A program made the position numbers and the translations under genes. Shown here one piece after another: positions 1-9,421 of a DNA stretch of 64,000 nt. The DNA lies in sequence record LC819005.1. The stretch is one strand, 5' to 3'. Positions within the stretch are counted from its first letter, which is position 1. Every line of letters begins with the position of its first letter. The notes under the pieces are model-generated. The model had not been told where the DNA came from. It searched no databases and was given only the letters and a program-made list of their open reading frames with translations.

Positions 1-111
1 ACGCGGACGAACTCCTCAACAATGGGAAATTGCGTATCGATTGTCATAGGCGCATAAAAGGTATTATTTGAAGACTACACACGGGACAGTTCTGAAACTG
101 CTCTCCTGTAG

Positions 112-129
112 GTAATATGTGCTCAGCAG
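112..129 (-). promoter_or_regulatory. Putative early (virion RNAP) promoter, reading leftwards out of the window
   Basis: Minus strand CTGCTGAGCACATATTAC; matches the motif at 37760, 44786, 54841 and 57700, and the TATTAC-type phiKZ early promoter. Confidence 0.45.
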
Positions 130-149
130 ATTATACGTTCGAGGCGAAC

Positions 150-677
150 ATGAGTGAGATCCAAACCGTGCCCGATACGGCACAAACGGGGCAACCTGCC
201 CCGCTGAATGACGATGACGTCCTGGCCTATACCCGAGGTATCCGGGTCAAGATCGTGAAGACGATTACCGAGAATCAGGAAACCAAAGGCATGCCCGTGG
301 ATAACGGACAAGCCAACCTGCTCGTGAATATGCTCAACGGTTTGGACAGCCAGGCGATGGGCAACAAGAAGCTGGCCCAGGAACAACGCAACAACGACAA
401 CACTGCAGCAGTGGTGGCCGAGCTCTTGCGCAGTATCGACAAGAATAAGGCCTTCCAGTTGACCCCGGGTTCGAACGATGAGGTTATCGACGTCGAATCC
501 CGGGTGGTGCCGCTCGATGCGATGCCGGTGACGTCCCTGCCGGGTGAGATGGACGTCGCCCCGCCGCAGCTGGACTACGCGACCTTTGTCCGTTCACAGG
601 GCAAGGACGTGGATGCACTGGGCCGCAACGCCAAGCACGACGAAGCAGATGACGACGAAGACGACGGCATGCCTTAA
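150..677 (+). CDS. Conserved phiKZ-like hypothetical protein, acidic C-terminus
   Basis: ORF 117..677. ATG at 150 preceded by GAGG is the more likely start; the annotated start overlaps a promoter-like motif. Phage-typical codon usage. Confidence 0.75.
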   Translation: MSEIQTVPDTAQTGQPAPLNDDDVLAYTRGIRVKIVKTITENQETKGMPVDNGQANLLVNMLNGLDSQAMGNKKLAQEQRNNDNTAAVVAELLRSIDKNKAFQLTPGSNDEVIDVESRVVPLDAMPVTSLPGEMDVAPPQLDYATFVRSQGKDVDALGRNAKHDEADDDEDDGMP

Positions 678-1606
678 AGCAAGTCGTAGGCTTCACTCAG
701 ATCCACTTGAGGCAACGGGTTTTCTCGCACAAGCTCCGCTCCAGGGTGGTGCTTGTCGAGAAACTCTTTTATGTCGCTTTCCGTCACCTCGACCCGTTTG
801 ACCATCTCGGCCGCCGAGTGCTTGTTGATGGCTTCGTGAATAGAGAACAGTGACACCGGCATGTGTTTCAGCCGGAACAACGACGCGACAGCCTGCTCGG
901 TCATCCTGAACGGGTTCTGCTTCTTCAGATCCAACTGGTCGATGTCGTCTTGCGTTGGCATCTGCACGAAGATCTCCGGCACCACCAATGTGACAGTGGG
1001 AATGCCGCGCAGCTCGAAGAACGTCTTGTGCTTGTCCAGCCAGTCGATCCATTCATACCGGATCATGATCTGGTAGTTCCGCACGCAGTATTCCGGCGTC
1101 AGCTCTTCAGGCGGAATCGAGACGATCTGCACCGAGGACGTTGAGTATGTGTGAAAGCGGATACAGGCGATCAGCATATCCACCAGCCCGTCGTCCGAGA
1201 AGTCGTACGGCCACACATTGACCGTGAAGCACATCTTCTCGACCTTGTGCTGGATCACTGCCTCCAACAGACTGTCCTTGATCAAACGCCGCATAAAGAA
1301 CACGACGTTGGTCAGCACCGAACGCTTGAGCGTGTCGAGGTTCCGGGCTGCGTAGGCAGCCTTGAACTCTTCCTTGCTCACCCCTTCGAATTCATCGGTG
1401 GGGCGCTTGTGGTACGTGCCTGAGTTCAGTGCGGCCACAGCCAGGTCGCTACTGATACCGCCCAGTGTACCCATGCGGGTGTCGAGGATCGCATCCAGAT
1501 CCAGATAGATGTTATCCGCATCAGCCACCCGGTCATTGGTTTCGCCAATGACGTTCGGATCACTGGCCGGTTTGAACGCGGCGGTTGTTTGCGCGGAGTT
1601 CGTCAT
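674..1606 (-). CDS. Hypothetical protein, possible HAD-like fold
   Basis: 310-aa ORF with an N-terminal hydrophobic strand followed by a DxD motif (IYLDLDAILDTR). Confidence 0.7.
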   Translation of the reverse strand: MTNSAQTTAAFKPASDPNVIGETNDRVADADNIYLDLDAILDTRMGTLGGISSDLAVAALNSGTYHKRPTDEFEGVSKEEFKAAYAARNLDTLKRSVLTNVVFFMRRLIKDSLLEAVIQHKVEKMCFTVNVWPYDFSDDGLVDMLIACIRFHTYSTSSVQIVSIPPEELTPEYCVRNYQIMIRYEWIDWLDKHKTFFELRGIPTVTLVVPEIFVQMPTQDDIDQLDLKKQNPFRMTEQAVASLFRLKHMPVSLFSIHEAINKHSAAEMVKRVEVTESDIKEFLDKHHPGAELVRENPLPQVDLSEAYDLL

Positions 1607-2246
1607 AGCTGAAAATTCGTCCCCAGAGATTAACGAAAATGAACATGATGAGCCAGTTGTTGGCCAGCAACCACTCGGTCATCTCCTCAGCCGTGAAGCG
1701 ACGCATCGACAGTACGTCCGGCGTCAGATCCTTGTTTTCTTCCGGCTCGGGCACCAGCGACGGCGAGAGGCTTTTGTTCATGTCAATGTTGGGCATCACC
1801 GGCGCACCGGAGAGCGATGTCGCGAGGTTACCGATCATCTCGACCCAGGCTTCGTTGAACTCGCTGAACTGCGAGAAGAACTGCATCTGAATCGTGAACA
1901 AGAACTCGCGCATTGCCGGGTTCTTGAAGACGGTGTCCGAGACTTGTGCCAGACCCACGGTGGTCGCCATCGACTCCAAGGCCGTGTTGCGGATCTCGTC
2001 AATCATGATCTCCACAGCCTGGTAGTGATTGCGGTATTGCCACACCGTGCGATTGAGCGCATGCACGAACATCTGTTCGGCCGCCATCGCGTAGTTCTGA
2101 CGCATCGACAAAGCGATGTTCATGTTCTTCGGCGTCTCCGGGCGGAGCGCCGAGGTCAGGATCGGAGCGAGCAGAGGATTCTTCCGCTCTTCCGGTTGTA
2201 AGGGCACGCCACCAGTGGCGAACCCTTCTTGCGCAGGTGTTGACAT
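1560..2246 (-). CDS. Conserved phiKZ-like hypothetical protein
   Basis: 228-aa ORF abutting the RNAP fragment gene; typical codon usage. Confidence 0.75.
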   Translation of the reverse strand: MSTPAQEGFATGGVPLQPEERKNPLLAPILTSALRPETPKNMNIALSMRQNYAMAAEQMFVHALNRTVWQYRNHYQAVEIMIDEIRNTALESMATTVGLAQVSDTVFKNPAMREFLFTIQMQFFSQFSEFNEAWVEMIGNLATSLSGAPVMPNIDMNKSLSPSLVPEPEENKDLTPDVLSMRRFTAEEMTEWLLANNWLIMFIFVNLWGRIFSYDELRANNRRVQTGQ

Positions 2247-2921
2247 TTAAATGCCCGTGTTGGAAATGTGCATCGAAGTGAGCAACGTCGACAACGATTG
2301 CACAGCTTTGACCTTCGTGCCCAGCTGGTCGATCGCGTGCAGCGAGACCCCGCCGGTGTTGGAGATCATGTTGTTCATAGCGTTGAACCCGTTCAGGTCC
2401 CCGCCGCGGAATTTGAAGAACTCCTGAATGGTGTTATCGAACCCACCGAGAGCGGCCAGAATCTGCAGTTCCGGCCAGGAGATCTTCGAGCCCTTGGACT
2501 TGCCCGTCGGCTGACCCGTGAAGGTGTCGATGGAGCGGTTGTCTTCAGGAATCGAGATCTTCTTGATCAGGAACTGTGCCTGACGTTTAAGCGGCAGATC
2601 GACGACCAGATATTCGTCATTGGAGAGATAGGCAGGTGAGCCGTTCTGCGGGTCCATCCAGACGCGTTCCAGGAACTTGTGACCCCACTTGTCGGCCACA
2701 TTCAGATTCCGTTCCACGTCCAGCGTGACTGCCCCCAGTTCCGGCACGATCACAGCGAGATAACGCTCGCCACTTTCCAAGTCTTCAATCCAACGCTCGA
2801 ACTCGGGGTCCGGCATGACCTTGAAGATGTCCTGGTAAATCTTGGTATTCTCGCTGCCTGGAAGGATCGCCTCGATGCAATCGATCAGTTCCTTCTCAGC
2901 TGCCTTGCGGTTTCCACTCAT
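2247..2921 (-). CDS. Virion RNA polymerase beta subunit, C-terminal fragment (phiKZ gp149-like)
   Basis: RQAQFLIKKISIP...TFTGQPTGKSKGSKISWPELQILAALG...QEFFKFRGGD parallels the RpoB C-terminal [27 protein letters not shown]...QEMLTVKSDD. ATG at 2921 preferred over TTG at 2981. Confidence 0.85.
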   Translation of the reverse strand: MSGNRKAAEKELIDCIEAILPGSENTKIYQDIFKVMPDPEFERWIEDLESGERYLAVIVPELGAVTLDVERNLNVADKWGHKFLERVWMDPQNGSPAYLSNDEYLVVDLPLKRQAQFLIKKISIPEDNRSIDTFTGQPTGKSKGSKISWPELQILAALGGFDNTIQEFFKFRGGDLNGFNAMNNMISNTGGVSLHAIDQLGTKVKAVQSLSTLLTSMHISNTGI

Positions 2922-3378
2922 GATGTCTAGCCTTGAATCGGTTAGCGGAGAAGCGAGCCTTACGTCTCTCTTGGTAGTCAAGCCACCATTGATCTGGTTT
3001 GACCAGAATCACGGAAACGTGGATGCCCTGCTTCTGTGTGTTTTCGATCATTTCCTTGGTGCCGCGTGATTCGCCGTCCCAGAACACCAGCAGGTGTGTG
3101 AGCACTTTGCGCATCTCGGCATTACGGATATGTCCTGCAGCTTTACCTAATCCATCCCAATCGGCAGGGAAAGTAAAGCATGACACACTATGTTCTTCCG
3201 CCCATTCAATCGCTAAACGATCCGGTCCTCTCCATGCATCGCCGGAAATAAGCGCATACTTCTGTTTGGCACCCGCCCAAGAGAGAAACACTCTCAGGCA
3301 GATGTCAAACAGGTATGCATTATGCCAAGACCTACTTCCGGCTACACAGATTCGCACTGGGTAGTCCAAGAGGTCCAT
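2896..3378 (-). CDS. SLOG-superfamily protein (DUF2493/YspA-like)
   Basis: VAGSR, ISGDAWRGPDRLA, PADWDGLGKAAGHIRNAEM and FWDGESRGT are characteristic SLOG motifs. Confidence 0.85.
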   Translation of the reverse strand: MDLLDYPVRICVAGSRSWHNAYLFDICLRVFLSWAGAKQKYALISGDAWRGPDRLAIEWAEEHSVSCFTFPADWDGLGKAAGHIRNAEMRKVLTHLLVFWDGESRGTKEMIENTQKQGIHVSVILVKPDQWWLDYQERRKARFSANRFKARHHEWKPQGS

Positions 3379-3386
3379 GACAGACC

Positions 3387-3554
3387 TCAGAGGGCTTCTG
3401 CTGCTTGCAGCGCGATGTCCATGCTGCCTTGGTCAGCTTCCTTCGAGTACGGCGTCGAGGGAAGAACCGGGGAGATCACTGCAGTGCCGATAGCGGCGAC
3501 TTGCTGAAGCGCCACCCACGGCGCCGAAAACATTGCGAGAAACAGCTTGTCCAT
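3387..3554 (-). CDS. Small hypothetical protein (55 aa)
   Basis: ATG at 3554 immediately after the stop of the 3556..4158 gene. Confidence 0.45.
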   Translation of the reverse strand: MDKLFLAMFSAPWVALQQVAAIGTAVISPVLPSTPYSKEADQGSMDIALQAAEAL

Positions 3555-3555
3555 C

Positions 3556-4158
3556 TTAATGCTCCGTGGAGGACGGGTGCGAATCGGCACCCATGTTGGC
3601 TTGCGGGTCATGCTTTTCCAACGTCACCGGGAAGATCTGTTCGCCTTCGCCAGCATCTTCCCACGGCGGCGTTTGTGCCGCCGCTTCGTCGGTCGATTCG
3701 ACCAGCACGCCGTTCACAGCGGTTTGATCGGTCGTGCCCGGTGCTGCTTCGTCGAGGCCGACGACGGGATCTTCCTTCTTCTTGCGCTTGCCGGTCTTTT
3801 CGTCGAACTCGTTCATGAGCCAGGGGATGATGCCCTGCGTCATCAGCGCCGACCATTTGATGCTGTCGATGCCGTCAGCCAGCACCATGCGCGGCGTGAT
3901 ATTGTCACGCTCCGGGATTTCGGCGAGGAACAGGCGCAGCGCGCGGTTGGCGAAGAAGATACGTTGCTTTTCGTCTTCGTGCGTTTCGACGAGCGGATCG
4001 ATGTCCTTCATCCACGCGGTCGGTTCCGGATAACCGGCTTCGATCAGTGCCTGGGTGAGGAACACGGCTGGCATGAACGGTGCCGGCGCAGCAGGCGTTT
4101 CAGCCTTGGGCGTTTCCGTGAATTCGACGTCGGACACTTGTTGGTTGTTTTCTTGCAT
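3556..4158 (-). CDS. Hypothetical acidic protein
   Basis: 200-aa ORF, ATG start, phage codon usage. Confidence 0.75.
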   Translation of the reverse strand: MQENNQQVSDVEFTETPKAETPAAPAPFMPAVFLTQALIEAGYPEPTAWMKDIDPLVETHEDEKQRIFFANRALRLFLAEIPERDNITPRMVLADGIDSIKWSALMTQGIIPWLMNEFDEKTGKRKKKEDPVVGLDEAAPGTTDQTAVNGVLVESTDEAAAQTPPWEDAGEGEQIFPVTLEKHDPQANMGADSHPSSTEH

Positions 4159-4212
4159 GATGGTGTTGTGATGGGGTGGTAAAGCGGGAGAGCGAACTCT
4201 CCCGGGTGTGGC

Positions 4213-5685
4213 TTAAACCTTGGTCGGCGGCTTGGGTTGAGCTTTCGACAGATCGATCTTTTCTTTCTGTTCCGGCGTGAACCAGTACGGGATGTACTCG
4301 CCCGTGCGCATACGCAAGAAGTCCATCGTCGAGAGGAACTTGATGTCGTCGTGTACACCTTCCGGTGCCCACCAGCCGCGCGTATCAAGCAGGATCTTCC
4401 AGTCGTAGCCCATCTTGATCAGATCGTCGTACAGTTCCTTCGGCGTGCACAGGTATTCCGGTGCAATGTCGTGCCAGAGGTACGTGATCTGCAGCATTTC
4501 CGAGGCCAGGTTCAGGCCGCGGCGCAGTTCAGGGTGAGCGTCGATCTTGCGACGCACGAGGTGACGGGCCAGAGCGACTTCCGGGCAGAAGGCGAGCGTA
4601 TAGTTACGATCATTGCCTTCGAGGCCCCAGCGCTTTTCTTCCTTGATGTAGTGGAACTCGGTCAAGGACGGCAGCACGCCTTCTTGTTGCGAGACAATCA
4701 GCTTGACGGCCATGCCCGACGGACCCGACTTCGAACGCAACTGACGCACCGTCACTTCGTTCAAATCAGTGTCACCCGTGAGATCGTCGTCGGCATCGCG
4801 CGGATACTCCGGCGCTTTGGTACTCTGATTGATCAGCGGGGCCGCGTTGTAGCAGTGCCAGCAGTTGTTCATCACAAACGTGAACTTTTCGGGCACGCCC
4901 TTGAGTTTCACGCCGCCCTTCAAGTGCTGCAGCTTCTTGGGCGGAGGATTGCGCGGGTCCATCGAGAATTCGCTGCCGATGTGCGCAGTCATCAGCACGA
5001 ACGTATAGGAACCACCGGAGAGGGCCGGCACTTCCATCAGGAAACGGTTCTTCTGCAGACCTTGACGCATCGAGACGGTGTTCGCACCGGATTCACCGAG
5101 CGAGTTCTCATCCTGCATCTTGATCACGTCTTGCGTGACGAATTCCGACATCGAATCGACTTCGATGCCAGTGGGTTGCACGATCTTGAGCGGCTTGCCG
5201 TCGCGGTCCAGGAAAGGCGTCGTGATCGAATACTTGACCTTTTCCTTGATCTTCAAGTTCATGAAGTCCTTGACGGTGTCGTACCACTGGTCGCCGTGGT
5301 AGACCGTCTTGTCGGTAATCTGCCAACGGCCCGAGTCGAGGATGTTTTCACCCTTGAACAGTTCGTTGTTCAGTGCCATGCGCTGCAAGTGCCACTCGTG
5401 AATGTTGATCTCGGTGTCGTACGTCGAGAGACCAGCACCCGGGCCCATGCGTGCAACCATCGTGACGCCCATGTAGTGCATCACGGTGGATTTGAAGTTG
5501 TTGCCGATCCCGACGACGCCCGTGAGAAAGCCCAGGCCGCCATTCAGAATCGACTCCCCGTGCTTGCCCAGCAAATACTTGCCGGTCGGGATATCAAGCA
5601 AAGCGCCAACGTTAATCATGACCTTCACGTTCGGAGCTTGCGTGAGGCCCGGCATCAGAGGTGCCGAGAAGTTAGGTGTTGTCAT
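4213..5685 (-). CDS. uvsX: UvsX/RecA-like recombinase (phiKZ gp152-like)
   Basis: Divergent Walker A GIGNNFKST, YDTE, Walker B IEVDSMSEF, and RSKSGPSG; 490 aa. Confidence 0.85.
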   Translation of the reverse strand: MTTPNFSAPLMPGLTQAPNVKVMINVGALLDIPTGKYLLGKHGESILNGGLGFLTGVVGIGNNFKSTVMHYMGVTMVARMGPGAGLSTYDTEINIHEWHLQRMALNNELFKGENILDSGRWQITDKTVYHGDQWYDTVKDFMNLKIKEKVKYSITTPFLDRDGKPLKIVQPTGIEVDSMSEFVTQDVIKMQDENSLGESGANTVSMRQGLQKNRFLMEVPALSGGSYTFVLMTAHIGSEFSMDPRNPPPKKLQHLKGGVKLKGVPEKFTFVMNNCWHCYNAAPLINQSTKAPEYPRDADDDLTGDTDLNEVTVRQLRSKSGPSGMAVKLIVSQQEGVLPSLTEFHYIKEEKRWGLEGNDRNYTLAFCPEVALARHLVRRKIDAHPELRRGLNLASEMLQITYLWHDIAPEYLCTPKELYDDLIKMGYDWKILLDTRGWWAPEGVHDDIKFLSTMDFLRMRTGEYIPYWFTPEQKEKIDLSKAQPKPPTKV

Positions 5686-5856
5686 TGTAGATGGTGGACA
5701 ATGGGAGAATTCGGAGGGGAAAGGATTTCCCGGTCATTAGATTTAGTCGACAGTATTTTGTGACAAAATCATGCCCCTGGGCATAATGATTTGACACCGA
5801 ACACGTGACTTGTGCCGCCCCGCGCAAGCGCCTCTTTTCAATCCAAGGGAACACTC

Positions 5857-6702
5857 ATGAAGACTCTTCATATCGAAGAACCCACAGGGCTGCTGGCGCT
5901 GGAAGCGCTGAACTCCACAGTCGCTCTGGAAGCCTTTTCTTTGCGCGCGGTTGCTAACCGTGCCGCGGACATCATCCCCAACCTCGCACACGCTTTCAGC
6001 GAGGTGCTGGCCACCAGCAAGAACGACAAGTATGACCTGCGTCCGCTGTCGATCAACCTCACGGTGCTCAACAAGGCGCTGAAGGCGGCGAACTACCTCG
6101 AAGTGGGCCGCCTGAACGTGTTTGTGCCGCAAGGCTTCGCCGGGAATTTCAAGGAATACCTGGGCGTGCTCGGCGTGGCGCTGAATTTCACGAACAGCAT
6201 CCAGGAACGCATGACGCGTTTCAACCAACTGGTCTCGGCACTGATCACCGATCGCAACAGCCGCAATTCGACGCAAGACCTGTCGACTGCTGGCTCCAGC
6301 ATGGAACGTGAGCGCGAAGGCATCCGCTTGCAGCTGGAGAAGTTCACCAAGGCTGGCTCGCGCTCGGACCGCGCGACGCTGCAATCGGTCTACGCCTCGC
6401 TGGGTGAAGTCACCGAGTGTGCGTTCATCGCTGCAGAACTCGTCTCGAAAGCCAATGAAGTCTCGCTGGTCGAAGTCGAGAAGATGACGCAGGACGCTTC
6501 CGAACTGCTCAAGGCACTCGGCGAGCAAGCGATGCAAGGCAAGGCAGAACTCTCGCCCGAAGCGTACAAGAGCCTGAGCTCGGCGACCCTGACGATGGCG
6601 CGCGACGTTGAACTGCATGCGTTGCTGATGTTCTCGACCTGGCAAGTCAAGAAGGCGGTGGAAAACACCAGCGAAGTCCTGATCCAGGCACTGCGCTACT
6701 GA
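5857..6702 (+). CDS. Virion head/inner-body protein (phiKZ gp153-like) with prohead-protease sites
   Basis: N-terminal ALE motifs (LLALEALNSTVALEAF) match the S/A/G-x-E cleavage rule. RBS AAGGGA before ATG at 5857. Confidence 0.7.
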   Translation: MKTLHIEEPTGLLALEALNSTVALEAFSLRAVANRAADIIPNLAHAFSEVLATSKNDKYDLRPLSINLTVLNKALKAANYLEVGRLNVFVPQGFAGNFKEYLGVLGVALNFTNSIQERMTRFNQLVSALITDRNSRNSTQDLSTAGSSMEREREGIRLQLEKFTKAGSRSDRATLQSVYASLGEVTECAFIAAELVSKANEVSLVEVEKMTQDASELLKALGEQAMQGKAELSPEAYKSLSSATLTMARDVELHALLMFSTWQVKKAVENTSEVLIQALRY

Positions 6703-6713
6703 AAGTAAAACGC

Positions 6714-6764
6714 CAGCATAAAGGACCCCGTACCGGCTTGTGGCTGGTACGGGGTTTTATGTTG
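6714..6764. terminator. Bidirectional intrinsic terminator
   Basis: CCCCGTACCGGC-ttgtg-GCTGGTACGGGG flanked by CAGCATAAA and TTTTATGTTG, between convergent genes. Confidence 0.85.
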
Positions 6765-6780
6765 CTGAAAGGTCTTGCCT

Positions 6781-7191
6781 TTACGACACTCGGGGGCGCT
6801 GGTGGGTCGCCATGAGTTGCATGAAGTCCTTGAGCATGAAGGCATCGGACGCATAGCGCATCCACTCCGGAATGCTGCGAAGGAAATCCGCCGCTGCTTC
6901 TTCCGCTTTCTTTTCGCCGCGGATGGCCGTACGTGCCGCTGCTGTGCATTCTTCCAGTTCAGGCCAGACGAATTTGCCAAGCTTGGCAGGTAGGTCCAGG
7001 GCATTGCGATCTTTTGCCAACTTCATCGTACCGTTCAAGCGATCGCACTGCTCTTTCGTGAATTGCTGCGCACCACACATCTTGCTGTAAAACGTACTCC
7101 AGAAAACCAGTCGCTTGGTGTGGGCAGGCAGAATGGTGGAAGAAATTGCTCGCAACGCCTTACCGACGTTTCGGACAACAAATGGTGCCAT
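6781..7191 (-). CDS. Hypothetical protein
   Basis: 136-aa ORF with a GGAG RBS. Confidence 0.65.
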   Translation of the reverse strand: MAPFVVRNVGKALRAISSTILPAHTKRLVFWSTFYSKMCGAQQFTKEQCDRLNGTMKLAKDRNALDLPAKLGKFVWPELEECTAAARTAIRGEKKAEEAAADFLRSIPEWMRYASDAFMLKDFMQLMATHQRPRVS

Positions 7192-7276
7192 GTTAGTTTG
7201 CTCCGTGTGAGGCGCCTGACTGCGCGCCTTCTTCTCGGTTAAACAAGAAAGGAGATAACCCAGGGCCTAGTGAGAA

Positions 7277-8878
7277 TCACTTCGTCGCTTTCGCCTTAGA
7301 TGGCTTGGCTGTGACACGAATGCTGGAATTGACTCCAGACCAGATACCCACATCATCTCCGGCTTCGATGATGACGGCGTACATGAACGAGCCTTCACCC
7401 AAGGTGTTGGTGAGCAACCACATCTTCGGGTGACGGTCTTCCAATTTACGCAACGCATTGCGATCAGGCAAATCAATGCCGAGACGCAGCGTAACATCAC
7501 ACGATTTGACTTCGCCGCCGGATTCCTTCCACTGCGCTTGTGCCTTGTGCTTCGCGTAGCCGACGATGATTTCCGGTTTCAGAGTACACACAACCTTCGT
7601 GCGCGGCTCTTCTCCCTTCTTCACCTTCTCGGCCTCTTCCTTGTAATCAAAGAAGCTCGCGGTGATGTCCGTCACGCAGATGGTGGGATCATCCGGATTC
7701 TTGTACGCTTCCAGATAATCAGCCAGGATATCCACGCTATCGAACACACGATCTACCAGGAAGGGCGGCATGCATTCCACTGTCACCACCACCTTGCCGA
7801 ACGTCTGCAAGTGGCGCTTGTGGTCGACGACCCGATGCAAGAAGTCGGTTCCGTACATATCCAGGTAGCGTGAAGCTCCACCGTAGATATTGTCCAGATC
7901 GCACTTGAACTTGTAGTCGACGTCACGCGGCAGGCTAACCTGCTTGGCGACAATGTTTTCGATATGACGCTGCGGAGCAATCCGAACCAGCGAATAACCA
8001 TCATCCGCCGTACGCTTGCCATCGAGTTCCGACTGCTTGCCCTGGGTGGACAGCATGTACTCCTTGCGCTCGTCGCTTGCAGTGCCGATATCGAGATAAA
8101 CGTAACGATGACTCAGGAACGGATGACGCGCATCCGCACGTGACGCCCAATAGTCCGTCACATCCGAAGTCCGGAACACCGTATCCAGAACCGCCACAGC
8201 TTTGGGGTCCTTCGCAGTGATCCGTGCGGCGGTCGCCAGTTCGTCCGCCGAGTTGTTGCCGATACAGGTGCCGTGACCTTCCACCCATTCAAAGTGGATA
8301 CGCACACCCTTAGCCTGAATCAGTTCGCTGATGGCGTGAGCCCGCCGCCAGAGTTCAGGATTCTTCACCGACGTACCATCACGACGGATGAAGTTGTTCT
8401 TGAGCCACTGCGACAGATACGTGTTGTGGCCATCGACCACGTAACGGCTGTCCTGACGCACCACGATGATCGCGCACTGATCGAAGTCCGGCTCCTGCAC
8501 GATGCGCTCCAGGCAGTGGATCGCGGCGTTCAGTTCTGCCGTGTTGTTCGTACCACCGTATTCCAGCGGCACGAAACAGTCGTAGTAACGCTCCAACGGC
8601 ACACGGTGCTCGAAGTTCGGACCCGTGCTGGTCGAATCGAAGAGCCAGGTGAGGAAAGCCTCGCGGCTCATCTCGTTGACTTCGTTCTTGAATTCCTTGC
8701 TGGCAAACTCAAAGGAGTTGCCCTTGTTGGTGTAGCCACGCAACGTGGCCGAGTGGGTGTTGTGCCCGATGCCCTTGGCCGTCAGCCCGAGGTTCCAGCG
8801 ATAGCCGTGGATGCCGGCGCCACTGTGCTCGTTTTGCGGATAGCACCCACCGTCGGGGTAAAAGACGTAACCGAACAT
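7277..8878 (-). CDS. rnhA: Ribonuclease HI with long C-terminal extension (phiKZ gp155-like)
   Basis: YPDGGC, TNNTAELNA, QDSRYV, KNPELW and WVEGH...GNNSADELA. The start may lie upstream (up to 8944). Confidence 0.9.
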   Translation of the reverse strand: MFGYVFYPDGGCYPQNEHSGAGIHGYRWNLGLTAKGIGHNTHSATLRGYTNKGNSFEFASKEFKNEVNEMSREAFLTWLFDSTSTGPNFEHRVPLERYYDCFVPLEYGGTNNTAELNAAIHCLERIVQEPDFDQCAIIVVRQDSRYVVDGHNTYLSQWLKNNFIRRDGTSVKNPELWRRAHAISELIQAKGVRIHFEWVEGHGTCIGNNSADELATAARITAKDPKAVAVLDTVFRTSDVTDYWASRADARHPFLSHRYVYLDIGTASDERKEYMLSTQGKQSELDGKRTADDGYSLVRIAPQRHIENIVAKQVSLPRDVDYKFKCDLDNIYGGASRYLDMYGTDFLHRVVDHKRHLQTFGKVVVTVECMPPFLVDRVFDSVDILADYLEAYKNPDDPTICVTDITASFFDYKEEAEKVKKGEEPRTKVVCTLKPEIIVGYAKHKAQAQWKESGGEVKSCDVTLRLGIDLPDRNALRKLEDRHPKMWLLTNTLGEGSFMYAVIIEAGDDVGIWSGVNSSIRVTAKPSKAKATK

Positions 8879-8971
8879 AAAAGATAGTTTTTCTGCGTTG
8901 AGTGGAAAGGAAAGGAGACGATAGTGCAAAATGTTCCTACACACTATCGTCGTCGATGGTAATTAAACCCC

Positions 8972-9421
8972 TCACCTGACTACACAACGTTTCACGTAGT
9001 CCGCGTAAGCTTTCTTCTGCTGCTCCTGGATGTCCATGATCTGCTTGTGCAGCGCCTTGACATTTCCGAGCGCGACTTCGTTGATTTCCTGCGCACTGCT
9101 CGCTTTATCCAGATCCGAGAAATCGACTCTCACGGGATCAGGAATGGCGGGGGGTTGATACGGTCCGCAATTGGGCCGGATCTTACTGTTGCCCGTTACC
9201 ACGACGGGACGCACCACCGTCGGCTCTGAGGCCGGGTTAGGCAGTGTCTGCTTGACTTCGGTCTTATCTTCCGTGGCAATCGAGCCCAGTAATACATTCT
9301 GGGTGACTGTGGTCTCCGTGCGGAACTTCGGATCGTAGTGAGTGGTACGGTAGGTATTGATCGTGCACCCCGTAAGGAGGATACCTACCATGAGTTTTAG
9401 TGATACGCGAATCATTGTCAA
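8972..9421 (-). CDS. Lipoprotein, o-spanin-like candidate
   Basis: Lipobox LLTGC after a hydrophobic signal; Pro-rich segment; extra Cys residues; 4-bp overlap with the upstream TM gene. Confidence 0.65.
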   Translation of the reverse strand: MTMIRVSLKLMVGILLTGCTINTYRTTHYDPKFRTETTVTQNVLLGSIATEDKTEVKQTLPNPASEPTVVRPVVVTGNSKIRPNCGPYQPPAIPDPVRVDFSDLDKASSAQEINEVALGNVKALHKQIMDIQEQQKKAYADYVKRCVVR

